A stretch of DNA of 57,284 nucleotides, from assembly GCF_001194135.2 (NCBI RefSeq), contig NC_068982.1, positions 185,375,493 through 185,432,776 of the forward strand, in the 5' to 3' direction. This document shows positions 1-10,925 of the stretch, one piece after another. Source of the DNA: Octopus bimaculoides (taxonomy: Eukaryota). Each line of letters starts with the position of its first letter. Within the stretch, counting starts at the first letter, position 1. Position numbers and translations under genes: made by a program. The notes under the pieces are model-generated. The model was not told the origin of the DNA. It saw only the letters and a program-made list of their open reading frames with translations, and searched no databases.

Positions 1-98
1 GTATGTTGGCTGCTCAAGAGTGGGCAGCAAAAAAAAACCTATTTGTATATGCTCCACAAGGGAAAACAAGGAACATAGTTTACAACGAGGTGTTATAA
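1..98 (+). mobile_element. C-terminus of a Helitron Rep/helicase (PIF1-type), with a +1 frameshift
   Basis: Removing one A from the A9 run gives YVGCSRVGSKKNLFVYAPQGKTRNIVYNEVL*, the characteristic end of Helitron helicases (LYVA.SRV...T.N.VY.EVL). Confidence 0.8.
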
Positions 99-217
99 TC
101 ACAACAGCAAGAAAGTATGTACATGATCACCTTCTTTTACGAAGCTTCATTGACTTTCATATATTTATATTGATATACATATATATACGTGTGTTTGGGT
201 GCGTGTGTGTATATACA

Positions 218-308
218 TCTCTATATATAAAGATGATGCGTAGTCTAGACGGCGTTTTTAGATTTCATTATTCTCTTTAACCCGGGCAACGCCGGGTATT
301 TCTGTTAG
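218..308 (+). mobile_element. Helitron terminus, or a 91-bp mini-Helitron
   Basis: Starts A|TCTCTATATATAAAG; subterminal hairpin CCCGG-GCAACG-CCGGG at 281-296; ends TTAG|T (consensus CTAG|T). Confidence 0.7.
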
Positions 309-341
<33 letters not shown>

Positions 342-370
342 CCGAGTTTGTATGGTTGTGTATTGAAGAA

Positions 371-1126
371 TATATTAATCAATGAAATTCCAGCTTAGTC
401 TAATTTTCACATTCTATTATTTCCAATTTTTCTAATTTTACAATATTGAAATAAACTAGTACTTTCATGTGTTTACGCAATCATCAGTTTTATGTAGTGA
501 CAATCATGTTCCACAACTGACAACCATAGTGAAATGGTTAGATTTGTCCTTTAAATACCCTCCGGTAGGCTCCAGCAGGCAGAATCTTATGAACTGTATT
601 TTGACCAATCAGTATGTGGCTATGATGTCACAGTTTGGTGAATGCACCAATGTGGTTAACATTTATCCTGCTTTTCTCAATTAAATATTTTAATCAATTG
701 GTGTGTGGCTTAGACATCACAGTTTGGTGGGCATGTCAGGGATTCTTTACTTTGACTGCACCTAAAGGAATAATTGTTTGACTATATTTTGGAATATTGT
801 AAACAACATTCCTGTTTTCATTGAGAAAAGCAGCATAAATGCTAACCACATTGTTATATTCACCAAACTGAGACATCTTAGCCACATACTGATTGGTCAA
901 AATACAGTAAGATTCAGCCCACTGGAGCCCATTGAGGGTATTTAAGGGACAAATCTAACCATTTCACTACAGTAGTCAAGTTGTGGAACATAACTCTCAC
1001 TACATAAACCTGATGATTGCATAACACATGAAAGTACTAGTTTATTTCAATATTGTAAAATTGGAAAAATTGGAAATAATAAAATGTGAGAGTCAGACTA
1101 AGCTGGAATGTCATTGATTAACATAT
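371..1126. mobile_element. Foldback/MITE-like element with roughly 310-bp inverted arms
   Basis: 371-681 is the diverged reverse complement of 820-1126; spacer about 140 bp; (TA)n on both sides. Confidence 0.8.
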
Positions 1127-1128
1127 AC

Positions 1129-1180
<52 letters not shown>

Positions 1181-2269
1181 GTTCAAATTTACAGAAAACA
1201 AAAGATGAAGACAGGTGAAGGAACAACAAGCAGGTGTATTAGTTTAACACTCAGGAAGAATGGATATTGATATGGCAGGGAGTGGGATGAAAGAGATAGA
1301 AATGACTGAAGAAGGAGACATGTGGTAGCATAGGAAGGTGAGGAGAGCAGCAGTATCATAAACCTGTAGATAGATCAGAGACTAAGGAAATGATACAGGG
1401 TGTAAGAGGTGGGGAGGGAGATGTAAAAACAATGAAAGCCATTGTTGGAAAAAAGATATTGATGAATTTACATGTGAGCAAGTCATTGGCTAGTATCAAT
1501 GTGAGAAGTCCAATCAAAAAATAACTCAATTTTTAAAATTAATCATCAAAAAGCAAATGCCATAGTCAAGAGATGGATTGAAAAGGGTATTTCAGAGGGA
1601 AGAAGAGCTTTTAGAAGCTACTGACAGTTTCTGACTGGTTACTTAGAGGGAGGTTATTATGAATTTTGATCATCAATAAATATTGTCCAATGGAAGCAAA
1701 ATCTGTCAATTTTCCAATTAAAGGCAAATATGTGTGGTGCAACAAAATTGAAACTTGGGTCCAGCCCATGCCAACATGAAAGTTGGATGTTAAATGATGA
1801 TGAGGAAGAGGATAGAATCAAATTGTTTGCAAAGAACAGCTTAGTATGGAGAGTGGAAGTTACCATATGAGAAAGGGGTAGTTTGGGTAATAAGACAGCT
1901 CAGAGCTTAATTATTGTTGAAAACAATTTAAATGACCCAAATCATTATCATCATCATCATCATCCTCGTTTAACGTCTGCTTTCCATGCTGGCATGGGTT
2001 GGACGATTTGACCGAGGACTGGTGAAATTTTGACATAAGGCCATCAATTTCGGAGGAGGGGTAAGTCAATTACATTGACCATAGTGTTCATCTGGTACTT
2101 ATTTTATCAACTCCAAAAGGATGGAAAACAAAGTCAACCATGGCGAAATTTGAATTCAGAACATGAAGAAGGGTGAAATGCCACTAAGCATTTTGTCTGG
2201 AGTGCTACTGATTCTGACTGCTCACTGTCTTTAAATGACCCAAATATTATGAAATATTTGAGAAGGGTC

Positions 2270-2530
2270 TATTATCTGTAACTTGCAGTTTTGGGAACAC
2301 TGAATGAAAACTCTGAAATAGGTTGCTCAAAGTCTTGATCCTAATCAAATATGACACAAATGGGAACATCTTGAGAGAAGGTTGTGAACAAGAACATCAA
2401 AAATTACATTAATTACAAAAGAAAGAAGCATTGACCGAGGACGGGATAAACATGGACCAGTCTGTCATTGATAATTTAATCAAACCCAGGCTTAATTGAC
2501 TGAAAGCTATGACATTAGCTAAAGGAGAGC
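2270..2530 (+). pseudogene. Decayed Tc1-family transposase C-terminus
   Basis: Across frames it reads AQSLDPNQI*HKWEHLERRL ... EALTEDGINMDQSVIDNLIKPRLN*LKAMTLAKG, matching the PxSPDLNPIExxW ... LxAVIxAKG pattern. Confidence 0.55.
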
Positions 2531-2817
2531 TTTCAAAATTTTTTATGAAGTTGGTACAAGTCAAATAAATATTGTTTTATTACCTTGACTATAAAGTTAT
2601 TCTAGGCTACTGTACTTAAGTGGTGACTTAATGAAGTAAATCTCATTTTCAATTACCAGATTCACTCCTACCACTTCATGCTACCATTTATAATTAAATT
2701 GAAGTTGTCTCGCTTATTTTTTTTTTTTTTTAATCTGTAAATAATTTTATTTTTACCTCTACTAGTGTAATTTTAGTAAAACATTTAAATTTTGCTCATT
2801 TTCTGTTACTTTCACAG

Positions 2818-2877
2818 CGACCGAAATAAAGCATGAAATAATTTTTAATTCCTATGAGGAAATAGAAGAGAAACCAT
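2818..2877 (+). CDS. Host gene exon 1 of the 15 in the window (internal, phase 1 to 1): TEIKHEIIFNSYEEIEEKP
   Basis: Pyrimidine-rich acceptor ...ttactttcacag and donor gtaagt; 60 bp, open; the trailing T joins the next exon to form TCT (Ser). Confidence 0.8.
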
Positions 2878-3745
2878 GTAAGTCTCTCTTTGCTTTTATA
2901 TATTTATCTTTCATGCTTGTTTATCTTACGTAACTTTTTATTTATTCTTCTTTTTCTTTGTTAAATTTTTGAGATAGTTGACAAAAGATACTGTGTGCTG
3001 TTGTTTAGCCCCAAGTCAAAATTGATCATCATCACCACCACCACCACCACCACCACCATCATCATCATCATTTAGTGCCCGTTGTCCATGCTGGCATAGG
3101 TTGGACAGTTTTACCAGGGCTGGTAAGCTGAGGAGCTGCACCAAACTCCAGTCTGATTTGGCATGGTTTCTATGGCTAGATGCCCTTCCTAATGCCAACC
3201 ATTCTGAGAGTGTAATGGGTACTTTTATATGCCACTAGCACGGGTGCCAGTTTGCGTGACACCAGTATCTACCATGACTATGATTTCACATGGTTTGATG
3301 GGTCTTCTTCTCAAGCACAGCATATTGCCAAAGGTCTTGGCCATTTGTCATTGCCTCTGTGAAGCCCAGTGCTTGAAAGGTGCTATTTATGTGCCACCGG
3401 CATGGGCACTAGTTATGTGACACCACCATTGGCCACATTGCCCCCGTGAGGCCCAACGCTTGCAAGGTGCATTTTATGTGCCACCGACACAGGTGCCAGT
3501 TATGTGACACTGGCAACAGCCACAACAATGACTTCACTTGACCTGCTGAGTTTTCTCAAGCACAGCATATCACCAAAAGTCTCAGTCACTAGTTTGCCAA
3601 AGGACTTGGTCACAACTATCTTTTTTCACACACATACACACACACACGCACACGCACACACACACACTCTCTCTCTCTCTCTGAGCAGTATCTGTTTACC
3701 AAATTTCATATAAAGGGATTTAGCTCAAACTAAATTACACACATA

Positions 3746-4854
3746 TAGTACTGTGCAAAAGTCTTTGGCCACTTTAAACTATTGTAAATTTCTACTAATT
3801 GCCAACTTATAAGTGGATGTTTCCACATTGCATTTTTTACACATGAAACATTGGCCCTGTTGGAGTCATTTCCATACCTAATCATTATATTTTGTAGTAG
3901 GGACTCTGAATGAGAGGGGAAGACATGAGATGACCACCAAAAATAGTCATGCAAAAGTTTTCAGCCACTTCACATAAACCAATCAAGATACAGTGTTTTT
4001 AAACAGAAAAATGTCTATAATGAAAATTTATTCCATAATATTCACTTCAAGGAGTACTGTACATTGTTAATATTTCATGTGGCTTCCCTTAGCTTAAATA
4101 ATTGCTGCAATGTACAAAAATCTCACCTACATCCAAGTCTGGAATCTGATGATGGTTCAAGAAAGTTGATTAAAATTGACAGTAACTTGAATAGTGCCAA
4201 ATCCATCCAGTTGCTGAAGGACAATTTGATACCAGACTTGAATGAAGGTGAGATTTTTCTGCATGACAGAGATCCATGCCATAGATCGCATGCAACACAA
4301 CGGAGTTGGCTGATGAAGGTGTTACCATATTGAAATATTGGCCACCTCAGATCCCTAGCTTATATATCATCAAGCAAATGTGGACAGAACTAAAGAGAAG
4401 AGTTCGTCAGAAGAATCCACGCACTCTTGAAGAGTTGTGGGAGCTCAACCTCAGAGAATGGCATCTCATACCTGTGAAGTTGGTAAAGGATTTGTATGCA
4501 TCTCTTCCCAGGTTAAGGGAAGCCACATGGAATATTAACAATGGACAGTAACTTCTTGAAATGAAAATTATGTAATAAATTTTCATTATAGACATTTTTC
4601 TATTTTAAAACATTGTATCTTGACTGGTTTATGTGAAGTGGCCGAAAACTCTTGCATGGCTATTTTTGGTGGTTGTTTCACATCTTTCCTTCTCATTCAG
4701 AACCCTTACTACAAAATATAATGATTAGGCATAGAAATGATTCCAACAGGACCAATGTTTCACCTCTAAAAAACGCATTGCAGAACATCCACTTATAAGT
4801 TGGCAATTAGTAGAAATTTACAATATTTTAAAGTGGCCAAAGGCTTTTGCACAG

Positions 4855-4859
<5 letters not shown>
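3746..4859 (+). mobile_element. Internally deleted Tc1-family transposon with long (about 345 bp) IR/DR-type inverted repeats
   Basis: TA flanks; starts tagtactgtgcaaaagtc; 3746-4093 is inverted at 4511-4859. Frameshifted DDE remnant IFLHDRDPCH ... WPPQIPSLYIIKQMWTELKRRV (ORFs 4064-4333 and 4306-4551). Confidence 0.9.
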
Positions 4860-4889
<30 letters not shown>

Positions 4890-4891
<2 letters not shown>

Positions 4892-6156
4892 TTATTTATT
4901 CATTTATTTATGGGTTTCAGCCAAGTGGCTGTGGTCATGCTGGAGCATCACCGTGACTTTCCGTCTTTATGATGTGCTCTCTTCACGTTCCTTGCATGGC
5001 TCTTCTCCTCCACCTGATATAGTCCAATCAAGAGTTTTGATGGCACATCTGGTGTATAAGAGAATTTGACATCGCTGCCCTAAACTGTGTCTCATTTCGA
5101 GCCATTTGTTCATCTGGTATTGTGGAGAGGAAAGCGTCAAGTTTAGTTTTGAAGACCTCCATATCCATGTCTTGCAGGTCTCTCAAATGTTTTGGCAGGG
5201 CATTGAAGAGCTGAGGTCCTCTGAAACCGAGGCTGTTGCAGTACCTTGTTCTTATGTGAGATGCAGTGGACGGTACCCTTGGTACCATGCAGTGGTGACC
5301 TCTGCGGGCATTCGTGTAGTACTTGATGCCAAAGTTTGGTACCAGTCCTTCCAGTATTTTCCATATGTATATTATTACATATCTTTCCCGCCTGCGCTCC
5401 AGGGAGTAGAGACCTAGTGCCTTCAGTCGCTCCCTGTAGTTCATCTGTTAGACTGTNNNNNNNNNNNNNNNNNNNNNNNNNNNNNNNNNNNNNNNNNNNN
5501 NNNNNNNNNNNNNNNNNNNNNNNNNNNNNNNNNNNNNNNNNNNNNNNNNNNNNNNNNNNNNNNNNNNNNNNNNNNNNNNNNNNNNNNNNNNNNNNNNNNN
5601 NNNNNNNNNNNNNNNNNNNNNNNNNNNNNNNNNNNNNNNNNNNNNNNNNNNNNNNNNNNNNNNNNNNNNNNNNNNNNNNNNNNNNNNNNNNNNNNNNNNN
5701 NNNNNNNNNNNNNNNNNNNNNNNNNNNNNNNNNNNNNNNNNNNNNNNNNNNNNNNNNNNNNNNNNNNNNNNNNNNNNNNNNNNNNNNNNNNNNNNNNNNN
5801 NNNNNNNNNNNNNNNNNNNNNNNNNNNNNNNNNNNNNNNNNNNNNNNNNNNNNNNNNNNNNNNNNNNNNNNNNNNNNNNNNNNNNNNNNNNNNNNNNNNN
5901 NNNNNNNNNNNNNNNNNNNNNNNNNNNNNNNNNNNNNNNNNNNNNNNNNNNNNNNNNNNNNNNNNNNNNNNNNNNNNNNNNNNNNNNNNNNNNNNNNNNN
6001 NNNNNNNNNNNNNNNNNNNNNNNNNNNNNNNNNNNNNNNNNNNNNNNNNNNNNNNNNNNNNNNNNNNNNNNNCTGACTTCTACCATTCAGGAAGTCATGC
6101 AGCCATTCTCCTAATTTACCAGCTATGCCAAGGTTTCGCAGCTTGTGACATATCAA

Positions 6157-6163
<7 letters not shown>
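4890..6163 (-). mobile_element. 5'-truncated CR1/L2-group LINE; most of the RT lies in an assembly gap
   Basis: RT piece ICHKLRNLGIAGKLGEWLHDFLNGRSQ (6073-6156); intact C-terminus NYRERLKALGLYSLERRRER...FKTKLDAFL (5028-5444); (TAAA)n tail; flanked by (TA)n. Confidence 0.9.
5457..6072. other. Assembly gap; other gaps at 10413-10422, 26127-26446, 46543-47014 and 49881-50495
   Basis: Runs of N, each next to a young repeat or microsatellite. ORFs made of X are artefacts, and unseen exons could lie in the gaps. Confidence 1.
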
Positions 6164-6192
<29 letters not shown>

Positions 6193-7236
6193 TTCAAATG
6201 ACCTGTCCTTGTTTTCTTTGTATCGTCTATCTGGATGTTTTATTGTCCCATTTTTGTATCACCTAACTGTCCAGATGTTTTGCGTTCTTGTCCCATTTTG
6301 TATTATATATACATACATACATACATACATCATCATGTCATATTTGATACCACTTGCATTAGCTGTCAAATAAAGTACTTATTGCATGTATTAAGCTGTC
6401 ATGGTTAACTGACAGCAACTTTTGTTACCACTATTTTCAGAAACTGAGCAAATACTATGAAACCAACAAAAATGTATTTTTGATGCTAAATCCTGTGGTC
6501 AATCCACCTGCCTGTTTCTCTATTGGTCTCTTTTTTTCTACCTTTAAATCACATACTTCTCTCTTTTGTGTATTTTTAAAGAAAAAACAAAACAAAACAG
6601 TATAAACATGGCATAAAGTGGTTGAGAATATGTTTACCCAAGGTGTCCTCTGTAGAGCACCTTAGGCAAATGTTTTCTATTACAGCCTCAGGCCGTTCAC
6701 ATTGCCTTATGAAATAATTTAAGTGTAGAAACTGAAAGAAGGTTGTTGTGTGAGTGTGTGTGTCTCTGTCCATCTATGTCTATGTGAATATTTATAACCT
6801 ATACTGAGCCATGGCTGCAATTGGTGACATCACTGTTTGTGGCTGGGCTGCAACCAGTGACATTTGTTGACATCTCCTCTCAACATATTCACAAGCTCCA
6901 CACTTTTAAATTCCTCCAGAATGGAAAAAAAACCCCAAAAATCCTTTACTTGAAAAACAACTAAGGATCAATGACAGCATCTTTCTAAGTCACACTAGCA
7001 TAGATGAGCAGATGTTAAAGTAAATGAATGAACGAGATGAAATAGTTTGACTATAGATCTGTTTAACCAGGACTCAGCTTGGGGTTAAACAACAACTACA
7101 AAAAATTGGTCATCTCCTAAGGAATATTAAAAGTAGTTATCATTATATTCGTAGTTTATTGTTATTGATGAAGTTATGTATATTAATTGATAGTTTAAAC
7201 ATTTCAAATACTGCCTATATTATATTCTAATCACAG

Positions 7237-7353
7237 CTCTTTTGGAGGGCGATCATGAAGACATGAGTAACAAGCTGTACAGTTTCCACAATGGTATGGT
7301 TTACTTGAAACAGGTTGAATGTCCCTCTCGGAGACATGCTGTGGCCCCTGATG
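7237..7353 (+). CDS. Host gene exon 2 (phase 1 to 1): (S)LLEGDHEDMSNKLYSFHNGMVYLKQVECPSRRHAVAPD
   Basis: Acceptor tcacag, donor gtaaga; 117 bp, open; phase matches both neighbours. Confidence 0.85.
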
Positions 7354-9139
7354 GTAAGATGATTTTCAGATACTTTGTTGTTTATCTAAGCTCATTATCT
7401 CCATAAACAAGAATGTTCCATGGTTTATTTCAGTTTGTATGAATACAGATTTAATTAATTAATTAATTAATTAATGGGTCATTAAACTGATTTAGTTAAT
7501 TAATGATGCATTACATAGTATATACTGGATCATCTGAAACAAATACTTTTTAATAACACAAAACAATTTTAGCCTGATTATGACTTGTAAGCAAATGTTA
7601 AAAACATCACTGTTACATTTGTACTGTATTATTGTTTGTCTTACTCCCTCAGTCTATTTGCCTCTTTCTTTCATTCACTTTGTATGTTGGTCTGTTCTTC
7701 TCTTGTGTGTTGAAGATAGAAACATACAGATAGGCAGACATATATGAACACATGAATACACACGCACGCACGTATAATAAACATCAGACTATCAACTTAT
7801 AACAATGAGCCATTGCAGTACATTACAATAATAAGTGGATCATCATATTACCACCTCCCCTCAGATACTTTCAACTTGTGGGTTTTTCATGACTTATTAC
7901 CATATTGCTGTTCTACTCCCAGTCCTTCCTTCCCCATATCTCTGTATTCCCCCACATCCTCTGCATATGTTTTCCTTGTAGTCATCTACTTGTAGTGAGA
8001 TCAATGTGGTTAAGACTCCAAGCGGAGTCTTAACCACATTGATCTTACTGGTTGAGGAGGGTTTGTGGACATGGTTACAATATTTTTTAACATGCTGCCC
8101 CAAATGGTAGAAAAACACTGGTCCAAAATACAACCAAGCTATACAAAGTTCCATAAAAATTAGCTATGAAAGCTTAGTTTATAACAAAATGCAAACTAAA
8201 AAATAACACCCAGAAACAACATCCTAGCAATAAACTATGAACAGTTACTCGTTGCTGAAGGTAACTTGGAAATAACAGTTAGGATGTTGATTTTATCAGT
8301 AACATCATTACTGCCTACTATTTAAAAAAATTTTAATTGGAAACATCACTGATAACTGCTTCCTCTATATCAGACAATCTAAACACATTAATACACTTAG
8401 AAATGTTACTGTCCCAAACTAAATGCAAAGAGCTAATAAGGAATACAAAGCAATAATAAAATATCATTAATCCCTAAGTTCAAACTTTCTGAAAGAAAAA
8501 CTGTTATTCTTGGTGGTCTCTTGATTTTAAGAAAGATGATTCTGCAATTTCTTTCTGAATAACCAGCACAAATGATTTGTTTATAGTGATCAAATGTTTG
8601 TGCTGCATATAAACCCACTCCCTCCTTCAAATCCACATTGCCTACACAAGTGCACAGTGTACCACACACCAAAAGTCAAAGTGATCACTCAAGAACACAA
8701 CTCACTGCCCAGTCTGGGAATTGAAATCATGATCTCACGATTCTGAGTGCAACACCCTAACCATTTGGTTATGTTCCCTCACAAAAATATACTGTTATGT
8801 ATAGTTTATCACCCTTACATGGCTACCCATCTGTTTTCTTTACTGATGCTGTGCTCTCATCTATTTTGTCTAGATTAAGTACAATCATTGTTTGTTTACA
8901 TAGTCAAGATTTCTTTGTCTATAATATTGACTCCCACTAAACCTAAATGTCATGTAGCTACAATCTTCACTGAGGATCTCCCCTGGCAAACGTACTTCCT
9001 CAACTATGCAAATACTGGCCTTCCTCTTTAAGGCTGATTTTGTCTATATATGTTCACCTACCTTGTCTTTATGTCTAACTGACTGTCTGGTAGGAAGTAA
9101 ATATTGACAACACACAACATACAATGAATTTCTCTTCAG

Positions 9140-9207
9140 GTGAGATTCCTAATTCAGTGGTTCGCAGAACGAAGGTTGTCAAAGAGGTTATTGAAGAGAA
9201 ACCTAAG
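9140..9207 (+). CDS. Host gene exon 3 (phase 1 to 0): (G)EIPNSVVRRTKVVKEVIEEKPK
   Basis: Acceptor tttctcttcag, donor gtaagc; 68 bp supplies the phase change needed between exons 2 and 4. Confidence 0.85.
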
Positions 9208-9756
9208 GTAAGCTAAAGAGTTGATGTAATCAACTAACACCCTCCCTCTAAAGTTTGAAACCATTATTGTTAGTGTGGTTAACTCCCTGATAACTCCCTG
9301 ATAACTCCAATCTTCATGAACTATAAAAGATAACCTTGATTGGTACAGCCCATATCCTACGGAAAGCACTCTCCATCTAAAATGGAATAAATGTGGTGAT
9401 AATTTTAGCTTGCAGAGCAAAAGAAAAGTGCCCTTGGTACTCTTGGCCTTCAGAGGATGCCCGGGACTAAGGCAGCTGAAATAAAGTTATAATGTAAAGA
9501 AACCATAAATGATAATAATAATAATAAATGCCATGACGCAGTATCAGGCACTGGCTCTCATGGCTTCTCATCTTAACTGATTGGAAGTGTTATCATGTAC
9601 ATTGTTTTGTCTTGGTATAAAGGATGGGCTTCAGCAAATATTCTACTGAATACCAAAGATTTGCTTGTCGGTTGTTTGACCTTAACCAGTTGAGCATGTC
9701 CCTTGGTGGCTGATATGTGCATTTCTGATCACGGGTAAAAGTAGTGGGGGGGGGGA

Positions 9757-9975
9757 AGCATTTAAACCAGCCATGTCCAGCCCAAGTATTCTACGTATTC
9801 TATGTTCAAACCAGCCAGATCCAGCCTCTAATACCTATCTTACAATATCGTTATAAAAATATGCAATTACATCATCAAAATCTCAAAGTTATGGGGAAAT
9901 GCATGACTAATTAAAATCAGTGTGATTAAATAAGCATTACATCTGATAAAGTAATCTGAATAATATAGGGCTAAA
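9757..9975. mobile_element. Diverged copy of the 220-bp piggyBac-type MITE
   Basis: Co-linear with the reverse complement of 23036-23255 (ttcaaacc.gccagatc...taatctgaat). Confidence 0.65.
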
Positions 9976-10274
9976 TAACCCTCATTCAGGGACCTTTTTA
10001 GTGGGATGGGCTACTTGAACCAAACAAAATTCTAACTGCGAGGTCATGCACTGTTTATCTTGATATGAGATCACCATGTCGCGCACATATGGTTCTGATG
10101 CATGTGCCTGGTGTACCCTTATCAGATGGTTAGTCATGATGGGTATATTGGGCTTCGTATATTTTACCCCGGTGCCACTTTGATGGCATGCACTGCTCTC
10201 TTACTCAATAGTAATAATAATAAGAAGAAGAAGAAAGGCAAAGGTAGCATACCAATTTGGAGATAGTGAAGGAA

Positions 10275-10276
<2 letters not shown>

Positions 10277-10307
<31 letters not shown>

Positions 10308-10510
10308 CAGTGGTAGTAGTAGTAGTAGTAGTAGCAGTGGTAGTAGTAGTAGTAGCAGTGGTAGTAGTAGTAGTAGTAGCAGTGGTAGTAGTAGTAGTAG
10401 CAGCAGTGGTAGNNNNNNNNNNGGTAGTAGTAGTAGTAGCAGTGGTAGTAGTAGTAGTAGTAGCAGTGGTAGTAGTAGTAGTAGCAGCAGTGGTAGTAGC
10501 AGTAGTAGTA
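10277..10510 (+). repeat. (GTA)n/(GTGGTA)n microsatellite containing a 10-N gap
   Basis: Seen directly; it accounts for the poly-T and poly-V ORFs at 10201-10617. Confidence 0.95.
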
Positions 10511-10800
10511 GACAAAGAGAATAGAAATTGCCAGGTAATTGGCTTTACAGTCCCTAATGAGAAGAAAGTCAATATGAGAGGTATATAGAAAATAGCAAAA
10601 TGCCAGAACCTAGTCATTGAGTTACAAAGGCTATGGAAAGTGTGGCATAAAATTTAGTTTAGTGCTGCTCCAGAAAATTGTGTTATTAGGGACAACTAGG
10701 ATACTTAGGAAGGTTCTTTGCATCTAAAGTGACCCCTTTGTAACCCGATGTTAAGAATTCTTCTTTTCCAACAGTTTAATCTGTTGTGCATATATGAAAT
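10495..10800 (+). mobile_element. R4/Dong-like (RLE) retrotransposon 3' fragment
   Basis: VVVDKENRNCQVIGFTVPNE...LVIELQRLWKV...LQKIVLLGTTRILRKVL*; its 3' UTR matches that of the copy at 43648. Confidence 0.8.
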
Positions 10801-10865
10801 AATACTGATGATTTTGGATAAAATGTTTTAATGAGAATTTAAAGGAGATCTTTTTTTTGCAATAG

Positions 10866-10925
10866 GATAAGCTAATGTCTGGAGTTTGGAAAATAGACAG
10901 ACCGATTGATGTTGATGCTGCTCAG
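10866..10925 (+). CDS. Host gene exon 4 (phase 0 to 0): DKLMSGVWKIDRPIDVDAAQ
   Basis: Acceptor ttttttttgcaatag, donor cag/gtaagt; 60 bp, open in phase 0. Confidence 0.85.

Noticed and set aside
5143-6156. Long ORFs in the track (also 26054-26575, 46326-47156 and 49660-50563)
   Set aside because: They consist of X residues read through assembly gaps.
9154-9420. Minus-strand 88-aa ORF overlapping exon 3
   Set aside because: No recognisable motif or splice support; the + strand exon explains the locus.
10201-10617. Poly-Thr mucin-like and poly-Val ORFs (also 43722-44277, 51374-51740 and the tail of 52556-52879)
   Set aside because: They are microsatellite translations with no supporting splice structure.
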